From IMG/VR virus record IMGVR_UViG_3300012281_000001: a DNA stretch of 52,086 nucleotides; one strand, written 5' to 3'. Source of the DNA: a virus. Taxonomy: Duplodnaviria > Heunggongvirae > Uroviricota > Caudoviricetes. The position numbers and the translations under genes are program-made. This document shows positions 19,976 through 29,533 of the stretch, one piece after another (positions within the stretch are counted from its first letter, which is position 1; the number at the start of each line of letters is the position of its first letter). The notes beneath the pieces were generated by a model that was not told the origin of the DNA, made no database searches, and saw nothing but the letters and a program-made list of their open reading frames with translations.

Positions 19976-20197
19976 ATGCAATCCATTAACTTCCGTACCG
20001 CGCGCGGCAACCTTTCTGAAGTGCTCAACAATGTTGAAGCTGGGGAAGAGGTTGAAATCACCCGCAGAGGCCGTGAGCCAGCAGTAATTGTCAGCAAGGC
20101 TACTTTTGAAGCCTACAAAAAAGCGGCGCTGGATGCTGAATTTGCATCCCTGTTTGACACCCTGGACTCCACCAACAAGGAACTGGTTAACCGATAA
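19976..20197 (+). CDS. phd: antitoxin Phd (prevents host death)
   Basis: 73-aa protein [42 protein letters not shown] recognised as P1 Phd; stop overlaps doc start. Confidence 0.95.
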   Translation: MQSINFRTARGNLSEVLNNVEAGEEVEITRRGREPAVIVSKATFEAYKKAALDAEFASLFDTLDSTNKELVNR

Positions 20198-20577
20198 TGA
20201 GGCATATATCACCGGAAGAACTTATTGCGCTTCATGATGCGAATATAAACCGCTACGGCGGCCTGCCGGGAATGTCAGATCCGGGTAAGGCAGAGGCCGT
20301 TATCGGGAGAGTTCAGGCCAGAGTTGCCTACGAAGAGATCACCGACCTTTTCGAAGTCTCCGCCACCTACCTGGTGGCTACAGCGAGAGGGCATATATTC
20401 AATGATGCCAATAAGCGTACTGCGCTAAACAGTGCGCTGCTATTTCTACGCCGTAACGGGGTGCAGGTATTTGATTCACCTGAACTGGCAGACCTTACTG
20501 TAGGCGCTGCGACTGGCGAGATATCTGTATCTTCTGTCGCCGACACGTTACGTAGATTGTATGGTTCTGCGGAGTAG
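20197..20577 (+). CDS. doc: toxin Doc (death on curing), Fic-fold kinase
   Basis: 126-aa protein with [11 protein letters not shown] Fic-type motif; recognised as P1 Doc. Confidence 0.95.
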   Translation: MRHISPEELIALHDANINRYGGLPGMSDPGKAEAVIGRVQARVAYEEITDLFEVSATYLVATARGHIFNDANKRTALNSALLFLRRNGVQVFDSPELADLTVGAATGEISVSSVADTLRRLYGSAE

Positions 20578-20581
20578 ATTA

Positions 20582-20761
20582 ATGGCACGCAAATACAACA
20601 AATTGTCCCGTGAAGCGTTAAAGATGCTTCTTGATGGCGTGAGTCGCCGCGAGGTAAAGCAATACCTGGTTGGTAAGCAAATTGGTGCCAGGACCGCTAT
20701 TGCTGTGTTATGCCGTCAGGAAATGGTTGTACTTAAACAGAGAATGCCGGGCAGCAGATAA
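20582..20761 (+). CDS. pdcA: post-doc protein A
   Basis: 59-aa ORF immediately downstream of doc; symbol by position in P1 order. Confidence 0.4.
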   Translation: MARKYNKLSREALKMLLDGVSRREVKQYLVGKQIGARTAIAVLCRQEMVVLKQRMPGSR

Positions 20762-20788
20762 AGCCCAATCAGTGATGAAAGGTGTGAT

Positions 20789-21832
20789 GTGAAAGCCGTA
20801 ATTACTCCCTTTGTACAAAAAGAGCTTGGCGTCGCCACATTCAAAGTGGATCAGGAAGTCAGAAAGCTGGTGGAGGCTGGCCGTAAATTTATTATGGAGC
20901 CGGTGCCGCGTGAGTTAATCGAGCACATGGACGACGGCCTCGTTGTTTCCGAGCAAACTATGGCAACAAATGAGGCGTTGCAGCCGTTTTTTAACAGCGA
21001 TGAACTGTTTCGCCGTATTGGTGGAATTGACGCGCTGGTGGCGTGGTTGCGCAGGAAAGAGGGGCAATGCCAGGCCGCAGATCGTAGCTGGTGTGACAAC
21101 CATATTGTCCACGCAGAACGAGACAATAGCGCGGTGTTGTTGTGCTGGCATCACGATAACCATTACAGGATGCGTGGTTTTAATGAGCTGAAAGAAACGC
21201 TGCATAATAATCGCGTTAACTGGATACTGGATGTCGCCCGTCAGGAAATGGGGCTTTCAGATGGCCATGATTTAAGTATTCAGGAACTGTGCTGGTGGGC
21301 TTTCATGCGCGACATGATGCACCTTATGCCGGAAGAAGTCTGCCGTATATCAATAAATAAGATTAAGGCAGCAACGCAGGATAGCGGGCCTCTGAAAGAG
21401 GCGGATATTCGCCCGTATGACGATCGCGCTACAGCATATGTTCAGATGATGGAAGAACGCGCCGCGCCGATGCGAGCAAAAGTATGCCCTGTGGATGTTG
21501 ACTCCGACCCTGGCATGGCGCATTTCAAAATACCAAAACTGCAATCGCTAAAATTACCTGAGTACATGGACTTTGTTGCTTCCCGTCCATGCTGTGGGTG
21601 TGGAGCTGCGGGAGCTGGCGCTCACATTACGCCTTATATCGTTCGTCATAGTCGATTATGCGCGCATGACATTTATGCGATTCCTCTGTGCCAGTCATGC
21701 CAGCGTGATATTGAGCGTGACCGCGATAATTGGGAGAAAACACACGGCAGGCTGGCGATGCATCAACGATTGTTCTTTGATTACGCGCTTGGAGTCGGCG
21801 CTATCACAAGTCATTCGTCGAGCGTTAGATAA
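20789..21832 (+). CDS. pdcB: post-doc protein B
   Basis: 347-aa ORF, GTG start 8 nt after AAAGG; Cys-rich C-terminus (CCGCG...CQSCQ); symbol by position. Confidence 0.5.
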   Translation: MKAVITPFVQKELGVATFKVDQEVRKLVEAGRKFIMEPVPRELIEHMDDGLVVSEQTMATNEALQPFFNSDELFRRIGGIDALVAWLRRKEGQCQAADRSWCDNHIVHAERDNSAVLLCWHHDNHYRMRGFNELKETLHNNRVNWILDVARQEMGLSDGHDLSIQELCWWAFMRDMMHLMPEEVCRISINKIKAATQDSGPLKEADIRPYDDRATAYVQMMEERAAPMRAKVCPVDVDSDPGMAHFKIPKLQSLKLPEYMDFVASRPCCGCGAAGAGAHITPYIVRHSRLCAHDIYAIPLCQSCQRDIERDRDNWEKTHGRLAMHQRLFFDYALGVGAITSHSSSVR

Positions 21833-21833
21833 A

Positions 21834-21850
21834 ATTGCTCTAATGTGTTG
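21834..21850 (+). promoter_or_regulatory. C1-operator-like site upstream of lpa
   Basis: ATTGCTCTAATGTGTTG, first 11 positions match; consistent with C1 control of lpa. Confidence 0.55.
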
Positions 21851-21920
21851 CTATTTCTTTAATCGAGGGTATTATATTCCACGTTGATTAGTTGACATGG
21901 GCTAATCAGTAGGTGACAGG

Positions 21921-22373
21921 ATGTTACTTAACTGGCAGGGACGCCACTTCATGGAAATAAATCACTCACGAATAACATCGTATGAGATTGCGGATTACAT
22001 GATCCGCACTAAATCTCTTCTATCAGCGAAAGAACTCGCAGCAATCCTTGAAAAGGAATACCCGCATCTGGATGTCGATAAGCGCGACGTTTATCTGCGC
22101 TTAAAGGCTATCGCTGTGTCTAAGTATTCGTCTGTTTTGATTGATGACAGTACACGCCCACGTAGATTTCAGATCCACTCTCTGAATCCTGAATTCTTTC
22201 GCCGCAGCCGCGCGCCGCGCCGGTTTGATGAAAAACTCCAGAACGAACTCTATATGACGCAGGACGAAAAGGAACGCCGGGAGCACCAGCCTTGGGTAAT
22301 GGCGCGTCAACTTTTCAATAAGGTGGCCCGTCAGCACCGTCATTACGGTAATGCCACATCCGCACCTATCTGA
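21921..22373 (+). CDS. lpa: late promoter activator
   Basis: 150-aa ORF directly upstream of pacA, preceded by a C1-operator-like site; matches P1 Lpa size and position. Confidence 0.75.
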   Translation: MLLNWQGRHFMEINHSRITSYEIADYMIRTKSLLSAKELAAILEKEYPHLDVDKRDVYLRLKAIAVSKYSSVLIDDSTRPRRFQIHSLNPEFFRRSRAPRRFDEKLQNELYMTQDEKERREHQPWVMARQLFNKVARQHRHYGNATSAPI

Positions 22374-22395
22374 TTGATTGCCCGTTCCGGGCCTT

Positions 22396-22418
22396 TTGAC
22401 ATGTGACTTTCGTTACCC
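22396..22418 (+). promoter_or_regulatory. late-promoter-like element upstream of pacA
   Basis: TTGACATGTGACTTTCGTTACCCT, 59 nt before the pacA start. Confidence 0.45.
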
Positions 22419-22454
22419 TCGCGTCAAAAAGAGTTTTTACGAAAGGAAGCATAA

Positions 22455-23648
22455 GTGACCTGGGACGATCACAAGAAGAATTTTGCTCGCCTGGCGCGAG
22501 ATGGTGGTTACACCATCGCACAGTATGCCGCCGAGTTTAATCTTAACCCTAATACCGCACGTCGTTATCTCCGTGCCTTCAAAGAAGACACCAGGACAGC
22601 GGACAGCCGCAAGCCAAATAAGCCAGTCAGGAAGCCACTAAAAAGCATGATCATTGATCACTCTAATGATCAACATGCGGGTGATCACATTGCGGCTGAA
22701 ATGGTGGAAAAACAAAGAGTTAATGCCGTTGTCAGTGCCGCAGTCGAGAATGCGAAGCGCCAAAATAAGCGCATAAATGATCGTTCAGATGATCATGACG
22801 TGATCACCCGTGCCCACCGGACCTTACGTGATCGCCTGGAACGCGACACCTTGGATGATGATGGTGAACGCTTTGAATTCGAAGCTGGCGATTACCTGAT
22901 AGATAACGTTGAAGCGCGGAAGGCCGCGCGCGCTATGTTGCGTCGGTCCGGGGCCGATGTTCTGGAAACCACTCTTCTTGAAAAGTCTCTTTCTCATCTC
23001 CTTATGCTGGAGAACGCCCGGGATACGTGTATTCGCCTGGTGCAGGAAATGCGCGATCAGCAAAAAGACGATGATGAAGGTACTCCGCCTGAATACCGTA
23101 TCGCGAGCATGCTAAACAGCTGTTCCGCGCAGATAAGCAGCCTGATCAACACCATTTACAGCATCCGGAATAACTATCGAAAAGAAAGCCGGGAGGCGGA
23201 AAAGCACGCTTTATCTATGGGGCAAGCTGGCATTGTTAAGCTGGCATACGAACGAAAGCGTGAAAATAACTGGTCAGTGCTGGAAGCGGCTGAATTCATC
23301 GAGGCGCATGGAGGGAAAGTGACGCCCCTGATGCTGGAACAAATCAAAGCCGATCTGCGTGCTCCTAAGACCAATACCGATGATGAGGAAAACCAAACAG
23401 CATCTGGCGCTCCATCACTTGAAGATCTGGATAAAATCGCGCGAGAACGGGCCGCCAGCCGCCGCGCTGATGCCGCATTGTGGATTGAGCATCGTAGAGA
23501 AGAAATTGCCGATATCGTCGATACAGGTGGTTATGGTGATGTCGATGCGGAAGGCATATCAAACGAAGCATGGCTTGAACAGGATCTGGACGAAGACGAG
23601 GAGGAAGACGAAGAAGTTACCCGCAAACTGTACGGGGATGATGATTAA
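22455..23648 (+). CDS. pacA: terminase small (pac-recognition) subunit
   Basis: 397-aa protein; contains the 4+3 TGATCA/G hexamer pac site; acidic C-terminus; GTG start after AAAGGA. Confidence 0.9.
   Translation: MTWDDHKKNFARLARDGGYTIAQYAAEFNLNPNTARRYLRAFKEDTRTADSRKPNKPVRKPLKSMIIDHSNDQHAGDHIAAEMVEKQRVNAVVSAAVENAKRQNKRINDRSDDHDVITRAHRTLRDRLERDTLDDDGERFEFEAGDYLIDNVEARKAARAMLRRSGADVLETTLLEKSLSHLLMLENARDTCIRLVQEMRDQQKDDDEGTPPEYRIASMLNSCSAQISSLINTIYSIRNNYRKESREAEKHALSMGQAGIVKLAYERKRENNWSVLEAAEFIEAHGGKVTPLMLEQIKADLRAPKTNTDDEENQTASGAPSLEDLDKIARERAASRRADAALWIEHRREEIADIVDTGGYGDVDAEGISNEAWLEQDLDEDEEEDEEVTRKLYGDDD
22648..22806 (+). other. pac packaging site within pacA
   Basis: Four TGATCA hexamers at 22648-22687 and three TGATCA/G at 22778-22806, each containing GATC, matching the described P1 pac layout; an eighth TGATCG at about 22829. 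Confidence 0.8.
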
Positions 23649-25132
23649 TGGCCAGAAGTTGCGTAACGGACCCACGTTGGCGCGAGCTGGTGGCGCTATA
23701 TCGTTATGACTGGATTGCGGCCGCTGATGTGTTGTTTGGGAAGACACCAACCTGGCAGCAGGATGAGATCATTGAGTCCACGCAGCAGGACGGCAGTTGG
23801 ACAAGTGTTACCTCCGGCCATGGTACTGGTAAGTCGGATATGACGAGTATCATTGCAATACTCTTCATCATGTTTTTCCCCGGCGCTCGCGTCATTCTGG
23901 TCGCTAACAAAAGACAGCAAGTCCTTGATGGTATTTTCAAATACATAAAGAGCAATTGGGCTACTGCTGTTAGCAGATTCCCGTGGTTGTCGAAGTATTT
24001 CATTCTTACAGAAACGTCTTTTTTTGAGGTGACTGGCAAGGGTGTTTGGACAATATTGATAAAGTCCTGTCGCCCCGGAAATGAGGAGGCGTTGGCTGGT
24101 GAACACGCCGATCATCTCTTGTATATCATCGACGAAGCGTCGGGTGTGAGTGATAAAGCATTCAGTGTGATAACAGGTGCGCTGACCGGTAAGGATAACC
24201 GTATTCTGCTTCTTTCCCAGCCTACGCGACCTTCAGGCTATTTCTACGATTCACACCACAGACTAGCTATTCGCCCGGGAAATCCTGATGGATTGTTTAC
24301 TGCGATAATACTGAATAGTGAAGAATCTCCGCTTGTAGATGCAAAATTTATACGAGCAAAACTTGCGGAGTATGGCGGTCGTGATAACCCCATGTACATG
24401 ATCAAAGTACGTGGTGAATTTCCCAAATCTCAAGATGGCTTTCTTCTTGGTCGTGATGAGGTTGAGCGGGCGACGCGGCGAAAGGTCAAGATTGCCAAAG
24501 GATGGGGCTGGGTTGCATGTGTTGACGTTGCTGGTGGCACAGGACGAGATAAGTCCGTTATTAATATCATGATGGTGTCCGGCCAGCGAAATAAACGCCG
24601 TGTAATCAACTATCGTATGCTGGAATACACAGACGTTACAGAAACGCAGTTAGCCGCCAAGATTTTCGCAGAATGTAACCCAGAACGGTTCCCGAACATA
24701 ACCATAGCTATTGATGGCGATGGCTTGGGGAAATCGACGGCTGATCTGATGTACGAACGCTATGGTATTACCGTCCAGCGTATCCGCTGGGGTAAAAAGA
24801 TGCACAGCCGTGAAGATAAAAGCCTTTATTTCGATATGCGCGCTTTCGCGAATATTCAGGCGGCAGAAGCTGTAAAATCAGGGCGTATGCGGCTTGATAA
24901 GGGGGCTGCGACTATAGAGGAAGCATCAAAGATACGGGTAGGGATAAATTCCGCAGGTCAATGGAAAGTGATGTCAAAGGAAGATATGAAGAAAAAACTC
25001 AACCTGCACTCACCGGACCATTGGGATACATATTGTTTCGCTATGTTGGCGAACTATGTTCCCCAAGATGAAGTGCTTAGCGTCGAAGACGAAGCGCAGG
25101 TTGATGAAGCTCTGGCATGGCTTAATGAATAA
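23648..25132 (+). CDS. pacB: terminase large subunit
   Basis: 494-aa protein; ATG overlaps pacA stop; ATPase-like N-terminus and [11 protein letters not shown] segment. Confidence 0.9.
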   Translation: MARSCVTDPRWRELVALYRYDWIAAADVLFGKTPTWQQDEIIESTQQDGSWTSVTSGHGTGKSDMTSIIAILFIMFFPGARVILVANKRQQVLDGIFKYIKSNWATAVSRFPWLSKYFILTETSFFEVTGKGVWTILIKSCRPGNEEALAGEHADHLLYIIDEASGVSDKAFSVITGALTGKDNRILLLSQPTRPSGYFYDSHHRLAIRPGNPDGLFTAIILNSEESPLVDAKFIRAKLAEYGGRDNPMYMIKVRGEFPKSQDGFLLGRDEVERATRRKVKIAKGWGWVACVDVAGGTGRDKSVINIMMVSGQRNKRRVINYRMLEYTDVTETQLAAKIFAECNPERFPNITIAIDGDGLGKSTADLMYERYGITVQRIRWGKKMHSREDKSLYFDMRAFANIQAAEAVKSGRMRLDKGAATIEEASKIRVGINSAGQWKVMSKEDMKKKLNLHSPDHWDTYCFAMLANYVPQDEVLSVEDEAQVDEALAWLNE

Positions 25133-25157
25133 CAATTTGACCATGCCGGATGGAAAA

Positions 25158-26009
25158 CTATTGCGCGCTTTCGGGGTTGCTGTTTACTGGCTGCCCCTTC
25201 TTAGTTTTACGGCTGCGCGTAACTGATGCGGCTGATTTGACCTTTTTCTCTTCGCGAGTGATGGCAATTTGTTTTTTTACATTTTCAATATCTGCCAGGC
25301 GATATATTTTTGCCTGCGGCCAGCGGTCGCAGATGATCGGTTCTATAGAGTCATAAAGGCTAAATTTTGCTTTCTCGAATTCACCGTTGATGATGATTCC
25401 ATCACGGAGAGTTTCATCGCAGATAAACACACCACATAGCGGCACATGGTAACTAACTGATTTACCATCATTGTAGTTAGGGCTACTGGAAATGTAATGG
25501 ACGCGCAGCATTGTTTCGCTAAAGCCGTGTACGCGCATACGGAATTTTTCATCCTCCGGGTACTGCTTCATTAGCTCTTTTGTTGCTTCCAGGTTCTCTA
25601 TGTATTTCGCACTGTGCTCATTGATCCCCGCGCTTTTTTGGATGCGAATGTCCTTATCAATCAGATGAATAATGCGGCCAGCGGTCATATTGACGCTGTT
25701 CACAGCTTCTGTCTGATAAGTCGTAACCTTACGCACACCGCGAAGGATGTTAGGCACAGGATATAAAATAGTCTTTGGGATATTGAGATCTGGGTACTGT
25801 TCCAGTTCCCGCGCCATTAAAGTCCATTTATCAATTTCAGCCTGAATGCTGTCCGTTTCTTTGAACGGCAGAACGACAACCGGGCGTACAGGACGACCGT
25901 CGCTGGCGGCATCAACGTGTTGGGCGCGTGCAACAGCTTTTTTTAGAAAGAGATCCCTGAAGCTGACGAACTCCTGGTACAGTTGTTCGCCGTAGACATA
26001 ATTTATCAT
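25158..26009 (-). CDS. c1: C1 repressor of lysis
   Basis: 283-aa protein beginning MINYVYGEQLYQEFVSFRDLFLKK recognised as P1 C1; convergent with pacB. Confidence 0.95.
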   Translation of the reverse strand: MINYVYGEQLYQEFVSFRDLFLKKAVARAQHVDAASDGRPVRPVVVLPFKETDSIQAEIDKWTLMARELEQYPDLNIPKTILYPVPNILRGVRKVTTYQTEAVNSVNMTAGRIIHLIDKDIRIQKSAGINEHSAKYIENLEATKELMKQYPEDEKFRMRVHGFSETMLRVHYISSSPNYNDGKSVSYHVPLCGVFICDETLRDGIIINGEFEKAKFSLYDSIEPIICDRWPQAKIYRLADIENVKKQIAITREEKKVKSAASVTRSRKTKKGQPVNSNPESAQ

Positions 26010-26103
26010 TGATCCTCCTCCAGAATTGACATGGCCAACAACTCACAGCGGATTACACTGGGAGTTGTTGGCCACCATTATAGAAGGATCCAACGAAAAT
26101 AAT

Positions 26104-26120
26104 AGATTTATTAGTGCATT
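26104..26120 (-). promoter_or_regulatory. C1-operator-like site between coi and c1
   Basis: Reverse complement AATGCACTAATAAATCT, about 14/17. Confidence 0.4.
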
Positions 26121-26329
26121 TATTGTGAGTCTGGCTGGTTAGTGGCCATGAGATATTCGATTGTGTCAGTGAGATCATCCAGGTCGTCTTGGGTGATGCG
26201 GTACTCCTGATTGGATATCTTTGAGTAGTGTTCAGCAATGGCGCGGGCAGCGTCGGTTTCGGCGGGGTCTACAGATAAAGCGTTAGAGCAATGTCTAACG
26301 TCGTCGATGGTTGGTGGAATGAAAGCCAT
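26120..26329 (-). CDS. coi: C1 inactivator
   Basis: 69-aa acidic protein immediately upstream of c1; size and position match P1 Coi. Confidence 0.85.
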   Translation of the reverse strand: MAFIPPTIDDVRHCSNALSVDPAETDAARAIAEHYSKISNQEYRITQDDLDDLTDTIEYLMATNQPDSQ

Positions 26330-26567
26330 AATTATGCCTCACTGTATTGACAACACAGAGCCTGAAGCTCTGACCTACTGTTTCACCCATGATCCATGCT
26401 GGGGTAATCTAACAACATTGCGCTGTGTGTAAGATGAGCAATGCATAGCTGTAATGCCGTTGTATAAGGTTTCCCTGTTTGCTCATTTCCTTCTGAGCCG
26501 CTCTACAACGCTGAAGACACATTAAATAGTGAATCCAAAGTCGTATTACGAAACGGCGGCAAAACTA
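26330..26567 (-). other. immC leader region upstream of coi, likely holding small imcA/imcB-like ORFs
   Basis: Below ORF-track size cutoff; one 25-codon ORF with GAAGGA SD read by eye around 26409-26486 (coordinates approximate); bounded by a perfect C1 operator. Confidence 0.25.
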
Positions 26568-26584
26568 TAATTTATTAGAGCAAT
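26568..26584 (-). promoter_or_regulatory. C1 operator upstream of the coi-c1 leader
   Basis: Reverse complement ATTGCTCTAATAAATTA, 16/17 to consensus; coordinates read by eye, plus or minus 1. Confidence 0.65.
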
Positions 26585-26650
26585 TGTCAAACAACTATGA
26601 AAAACAATCCAGTTTTTGGCTGGTGGAGTGGGATTTTTCTCTCAAAATTT

Positions 26651-26667
26651 ATTGCTCTAATAATTCT
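26651..26667 (+). promoter_or_regulatory. C1-operator-like site adjacent to loxP
   Basis: ATTGCTCTAATAATTCT. Confidence 0.55.
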
Positions 26668-26690
26668 TGATTTTTATGCGCAGCTGGACG

Positions 26691-26724
26691 TAANNNNNNN
26701 NNNGCATACATTATACGAAGTTAT
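26691..26724. other. loxP site (left arm masked by N-run)
   Basis: Spacer GCATACAT followed by TATACGAAGTTAT at 26704-26724; the other arm coincides with N-run 26694-26703; cre lies about 420 bp downstream. Confidence 0.85.
26694..26703. other. N-run overlapping the loxP left arm
   Basis: 10 N immediately 5' of the loxP spacer. Confidence 0.9.
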
Positions 26725-26796
26725 ATTAAGGGTTATTGAACATGATCAATTTACCTGTAAATCCATACAGTTCAATACCTTATCAGGTCAAATAGT

Positions 26797-26816
26797 GATC
26801 ACTTGATCATTTGATC
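26797..26816. promoter_or_regulatory. cluster of three GATC sites at 8-bp spacing in the cre upstream region
   Basis: GTGATCACTTGATCATTTGATCAAGG; matches the known Dam-methylation-sensitive regulation of cre transcription. Confidence 0.5.
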
Positions 26817-26913
26817 AAGGTTGTGCTACGTAAAATCTGCGAAATGTTGGCAGTGTTAGTGCTCCAGATTTCGCGTAGCGCACTTAGCACCACCAATCAA
26901 TCAGAGGTGAAAA

Positions 26914-27135
26914 ATGGGATATTCAGCTGCTAAAGTGTCCACTCATATTGAGCTTGAGAAAAACCGTGGTTACTGGCGGGCAAAAGGGTTTGATCGTGAT
27001 AGTTGTCAACTGTCATTATCGCGCGGTGAAGAGAAAATAGAACGCACGCGCGGTCGCTGGCGTTTCTATGACGAGAACCATAAACAGGTAAAGGCAGAGC
27101 CGATCCTGTACACTTTACTTAAAACCATTATCTGA
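26914..27135 (+). CDS. candidate small protein in the cre leader
   Basis: 73-aa ATG ORF 5 nt after AGAGGTGA, ending 8 nt before cre; lies in the region expected to hold cre promoters. Confidence 0.25.
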   Translation: MGYSAAKVSTHIELEKNRGYWRAKGFDRDSCQLSLSRGEEKIERTRGRWRFYDENHKQVKAEPILYTLLKTII

Positions 27136-27142
27136 GTGTTAA

Positions 27143-28174
27143 ATGTCCAATTTACTGACCGTACACCAAAATTTGCCTGCATTACCGGTCGATGCAACGA
27201 GTGATGAGGTTCGCAAGAACCTGATGGACATGTTCAGGGATCGCCAGGCGTTTTCTGAGCATACCTGGAAAATGCTTCTGTCCGTTTGCCGGTCGTGGGC
27301 GGCATGGTGCAAGTTGAATAACCGGAAATGGTTTCCCGCAGAACCTGAAGATGTTCGCGATTATCTTCTATATCTTCAGGCGCGCGGTCTGGCAGTAAAA
27401 ACTATCCAGCAACATTTGGGCCAGCTAAACATGCTTCATCGTCGGTCCGGGCTGCCACGACCAAGTGACAGCAACGCTGTTTCACTAGTCATGCGGCGGA
27501 TCCGAAAAGAAAACGTTGATGCCGGTGAACGTGCAAAACAGGCACTAGCGTTCGAACGCACTGATTTCGACCAGGTTCGTTCACTCATGGAAAATAGCGA
27601 TCGCTGCCAGGATATACGTAATCTAGCATTTCTGGGGATTGCTTATAACACCCTGTTACGTATAGCCGAAATTGCCAGGATCAGGGTTAAAGATATCTCA
27701 CGTACTGACGGTGGGAGAATGTTAATCCATATTGGCAGAACGAAAACGCTGGTTAGCACCGCAGGTGTAGAGAAGGCACTTAGCCTGGGGGTAACTAAAC
27801 TGGTCGAGCGATGGATTTCTGTCTCTGGTGTGGCTGATGATCCGAATAACTACTTGTTTTGCCGGGTCAGAAAAAATGGTGTTGCCTCGCCATCATCCAC
27901 CAGCCAGCTATCAACTCGCGCCCTGGAAGGGATTTTTGAAGCAACTCACCGATTGATTTACGGGGCTAAGGATGACTCTGGTCAGAGGTACCTGGCCTGG
28001 TCTGGACACAGTGCCCGTGTCGGAGCCGCGCGAGATATGGCCCGCGCCGGAGTTTCAATACCGGAGATCATGCAAGCTGGTGGCTGGACCAACGTAAATA
28101 TTGTCATGAACTATATCCGTAATCTGGATAGTGAAACGGGGGCGATGGTGCGCCTGCTGGAAGATGGTGATTAG
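27143..28174 (+). CDS. cre: Cre tyrosine recombinase
   Basis: 343-aa protein MSNLLTVHQNLPALPVDATSDEVRKNLMDMFRDRQAFSEHTWK... recognised as P1 Cre; loxP about 420 bp upstream. Confidence 0.98.
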   Translation: MSNLLTVHQNLPALPVDATSDEVRKNLMDMFRDRQAFSEHTWKMLLSVCRSWAAWCKLNNRKWFPAEPEDVRDYLLYLQARGLAVKTIQQHLGQLNMLHRRSGLPRPSDSNAVSLVMRRIRKENVDAGERAKQALAFERTDFDQVRSLMENSDRCQDIRNLAFLGIAYNTLLRIAEIARIRVKDISRTDGGRMLIHIGRTKTLVSTAGVEKALSLGVTKLVERWISVSGVADDPNNYLFCRVRKNGVASPSSTSQLSTRALEGIFEATHRLIYGAKDDSGQRYLAWSGHSARVGAARDMARAGVSIPEIMQAGGWTNVNIVMNYIRNLDSETGAMVRLLEDGD

Positions 28175-28191
28175 CCGTCAATGTACAATAA

Positions 28192-28208
28192 ATTGCTCTA
28201 ATTATTTG
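28192..28208 (+). promoter_or_regulatory. C1-operator-like site upstream of cra
   Basis: ATTGCTCTAATTATTTG, 33 nt before the cra ATG. Confidence 0.55.
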
Positions 28209-28224
28209 ATATTTATGGTGGCAT

Positions 28225-28536
28225 ATGAGAAAGGATTTCAACATCGACGGAAAATATGTAGTGCTGTCTGTAAGCACTAATATTCAGTCGCCAGCCGTCA
28301 TTGTCACTGTAAAGCTGAGCGATAGAATGCCTGATATTGACTCAATATCCGTTGCGTTTCCTGTCAAAAGTATGCGTAGTGCTGAACATTTCGTAATGAA
28401 TGCCACCGAGGAAGAAGCACGGCGCGGTCTTGGTAAAGTGATGTCTGAGTTTGGCGAATTTCTGGGGCACGTTAACAAAGCCCTCACAATCAGTTCAGCA
28501 AGGTCCAAAGCGTTAACAGCTTCCATGATGAAATAA
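28225..28536 (+). CDS. cra: cre-associated protein
   Basis: 103-aa ORF between cre and ref with an operator upstream; symbol by position. Confidence 0.5.
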   Translation: MRKDFNIDGKYVVLSVSTNIQSPAVIVTVKLSDRMPDIDSISVAFPVKSMRSAEHFVMNATEEEARRGLGKVMSEFGEFLGHVNKALTISSARSKALTASMMK

Positions 28537-28540
28537 AAAA

Positions 28541-28561
28541 AGCCTGGCAAGGAGCCAGGCT
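28541..28561. terminator. hairpin immediately after cra
   Basis: AGCCTGGC-AAGGA-GCCAGGCT preceded by an A-run; U-tract only on the minus-strand reading. Confidence 0.45.
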
Positions 28562-28667
28562 GCACAAAAGAGCGGGTTTGTATTCCGCATCCAATCAATC
28601 AAGAAGGAGTATAGCACACAGGTACTGAAGTGAAAAAATGTGATTCGCGATAAACAAAATATCTACC

Positions 28668-28697
28668 ATTGCTCTAATTGATTGCTATAATTGAGCC
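28668..28697 (+). promoter_or_regulatory. tandem overlapping C1-operator-like sites with embedded -10 (ref promoter region)
   Basis: ATTGCTCTAATTGATTG followed by ATTGCTATAATTGAGCC; TATAAT at 28686-28691; consistent with C1 control of ref. Confidence 0.6.
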
Positions 28698-28751
28698 GCA
28701 GTTTTTGTCAACTACGAAGACGTTGCCATTACTTCACTCCTTGACATCATT

Positions 28752-28777
28752 GGCGGCCATTAGGCCGCCTTTTTTTT
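28752..28777 (+). terminator. strong rho-independent terminator 7 nt upstream of the ref start codon
   Basis: GGCGGCC-ATTA-GGCCGCC followed by TTTTTTTT. Confidence 0.75.
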
Positions 28778-28783
28778 GACCAT

Positions 28784-29344
28784 ATGAAAACAATCGAACA
28801 AAAAATTGAACAGTGCCGCAAGTGGCAGAAGGCAGCCAGAGAACGAGCGATCGCTCGGCAACGGGAGAAGTTGGCTGATCCGGTCTGGCGAGAATCTCAA
28901 TATCAGAAAATGCGGGATACTATCGACCGCCGTATCGCTAAACAGAAAGAACGCCCACCAGCCAGCAAAACGCGGAAAAGCGCGGTAAAAATAAAATCTC
29001 GTGGCTTGAAGGGGAGAACACCAACGGCGGAGGAACGGCGCATCGCCAATGCTCTTGGCGCTCTCCCCTGCATTGCCTGCTATATGCATGGAGTAATATC
29101 TAATGAGGTGTCTCTGCACCATATCGCCGGTCGTACCGCGCCGGGTTGTCATAAAAAGCAATTGCCACTTTGTAGATGGCACCACCAGCATGCAGCACCG
29201 GCTGAAGTAAGAGCAAAATACCCCTGGCTGGTCCCTGTTCATGCCGATGGTGTGGTTGGAGGCAAGAAAGAATTCACCCTGCTGAACAAGTCAGAGATGG
29301 AGTTACTGGCTGACGCCTATGAGATGGCAAACATCATGCACTAA
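28784..29344 (+). CDS. ref: Ref recombination enhancement function, HNH-type endonuclease
   Basis: 186-aa protein with basic N-terminus and C-terminal Cys/His cluster (CIACYMHG...HH...CRWHH); matches P1 Ref. Confidence 0.85.
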   Translation: MKTIEQKIEQCRKWQKAARERAIARQREKLADPVWRESQYQKMRDTIDRRIAKQKERPPASKTRKSAVKIKSRGLKGRTPTAEERRIANALGALPCIACYMHGVISNEVSLHHIAGRTAPGCHKKQLPLCRWHHQHAAPAEVRAKYPWLVPVHADGVVGGKKEFTLLNKSEMELLADAYEMANIMH

Positions 29345-29380
29345 TAAATATATTATTTTTAATGATAAATGATTGACAAC

Positions 29381-29404
29381 TGACAAGTGACTTCAGTCAG
29401 AATC
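29381..29404 (+). promoter_or_regulatory. late-promoter-like element in the ref-mat intergenic region
   Basis: TGACAAGTGACTTCAGTCAGAAT; TGACT..AGTCA inverted repeat plus -10-like CAGAAT. Confidence 0.45.
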
Positions 29405-29494
29405 ATCACACGCCCGGTACGGATGGATCCCTTTTCAAATATTCCATGGACGGCACAGTCTGAGTACCGGGCGCTACCTTCAGTTGTATTGCTA

Positions 29495-29521
29495 AGCCGC
29501 CGCTGGTGGCTTTTCTTTTTT
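29495..29521 (+). terminator. rho-independent terminator 13 nt upstream of the mat start codon
   Basis: AGCCGCC-GCT-GGTGGCT (one G-U pair) followed by TTTTCTTTTTT. Confidence 0.6.
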
Positions 29522-29533
29522 GTAGGGGGCGCT

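Noticed and set aside
23359-23709. 116-aa plus-strand ORF across the pacA/pacB junction
   Set aside because: Alternative frame inside pacA and pacB, both of which have recognisable products.
26597-26806. 69-aa plus-strand ORF
   Set aside because: Spans the loxP site and an N-run; its translation contains masked residues; the region is better explained as recombination site and promoters.
28760-29242. 160-aa ORF on the minus strand
   Set aside because: Entirely antisense to ref, which has a recognisable product; no start context of its own.
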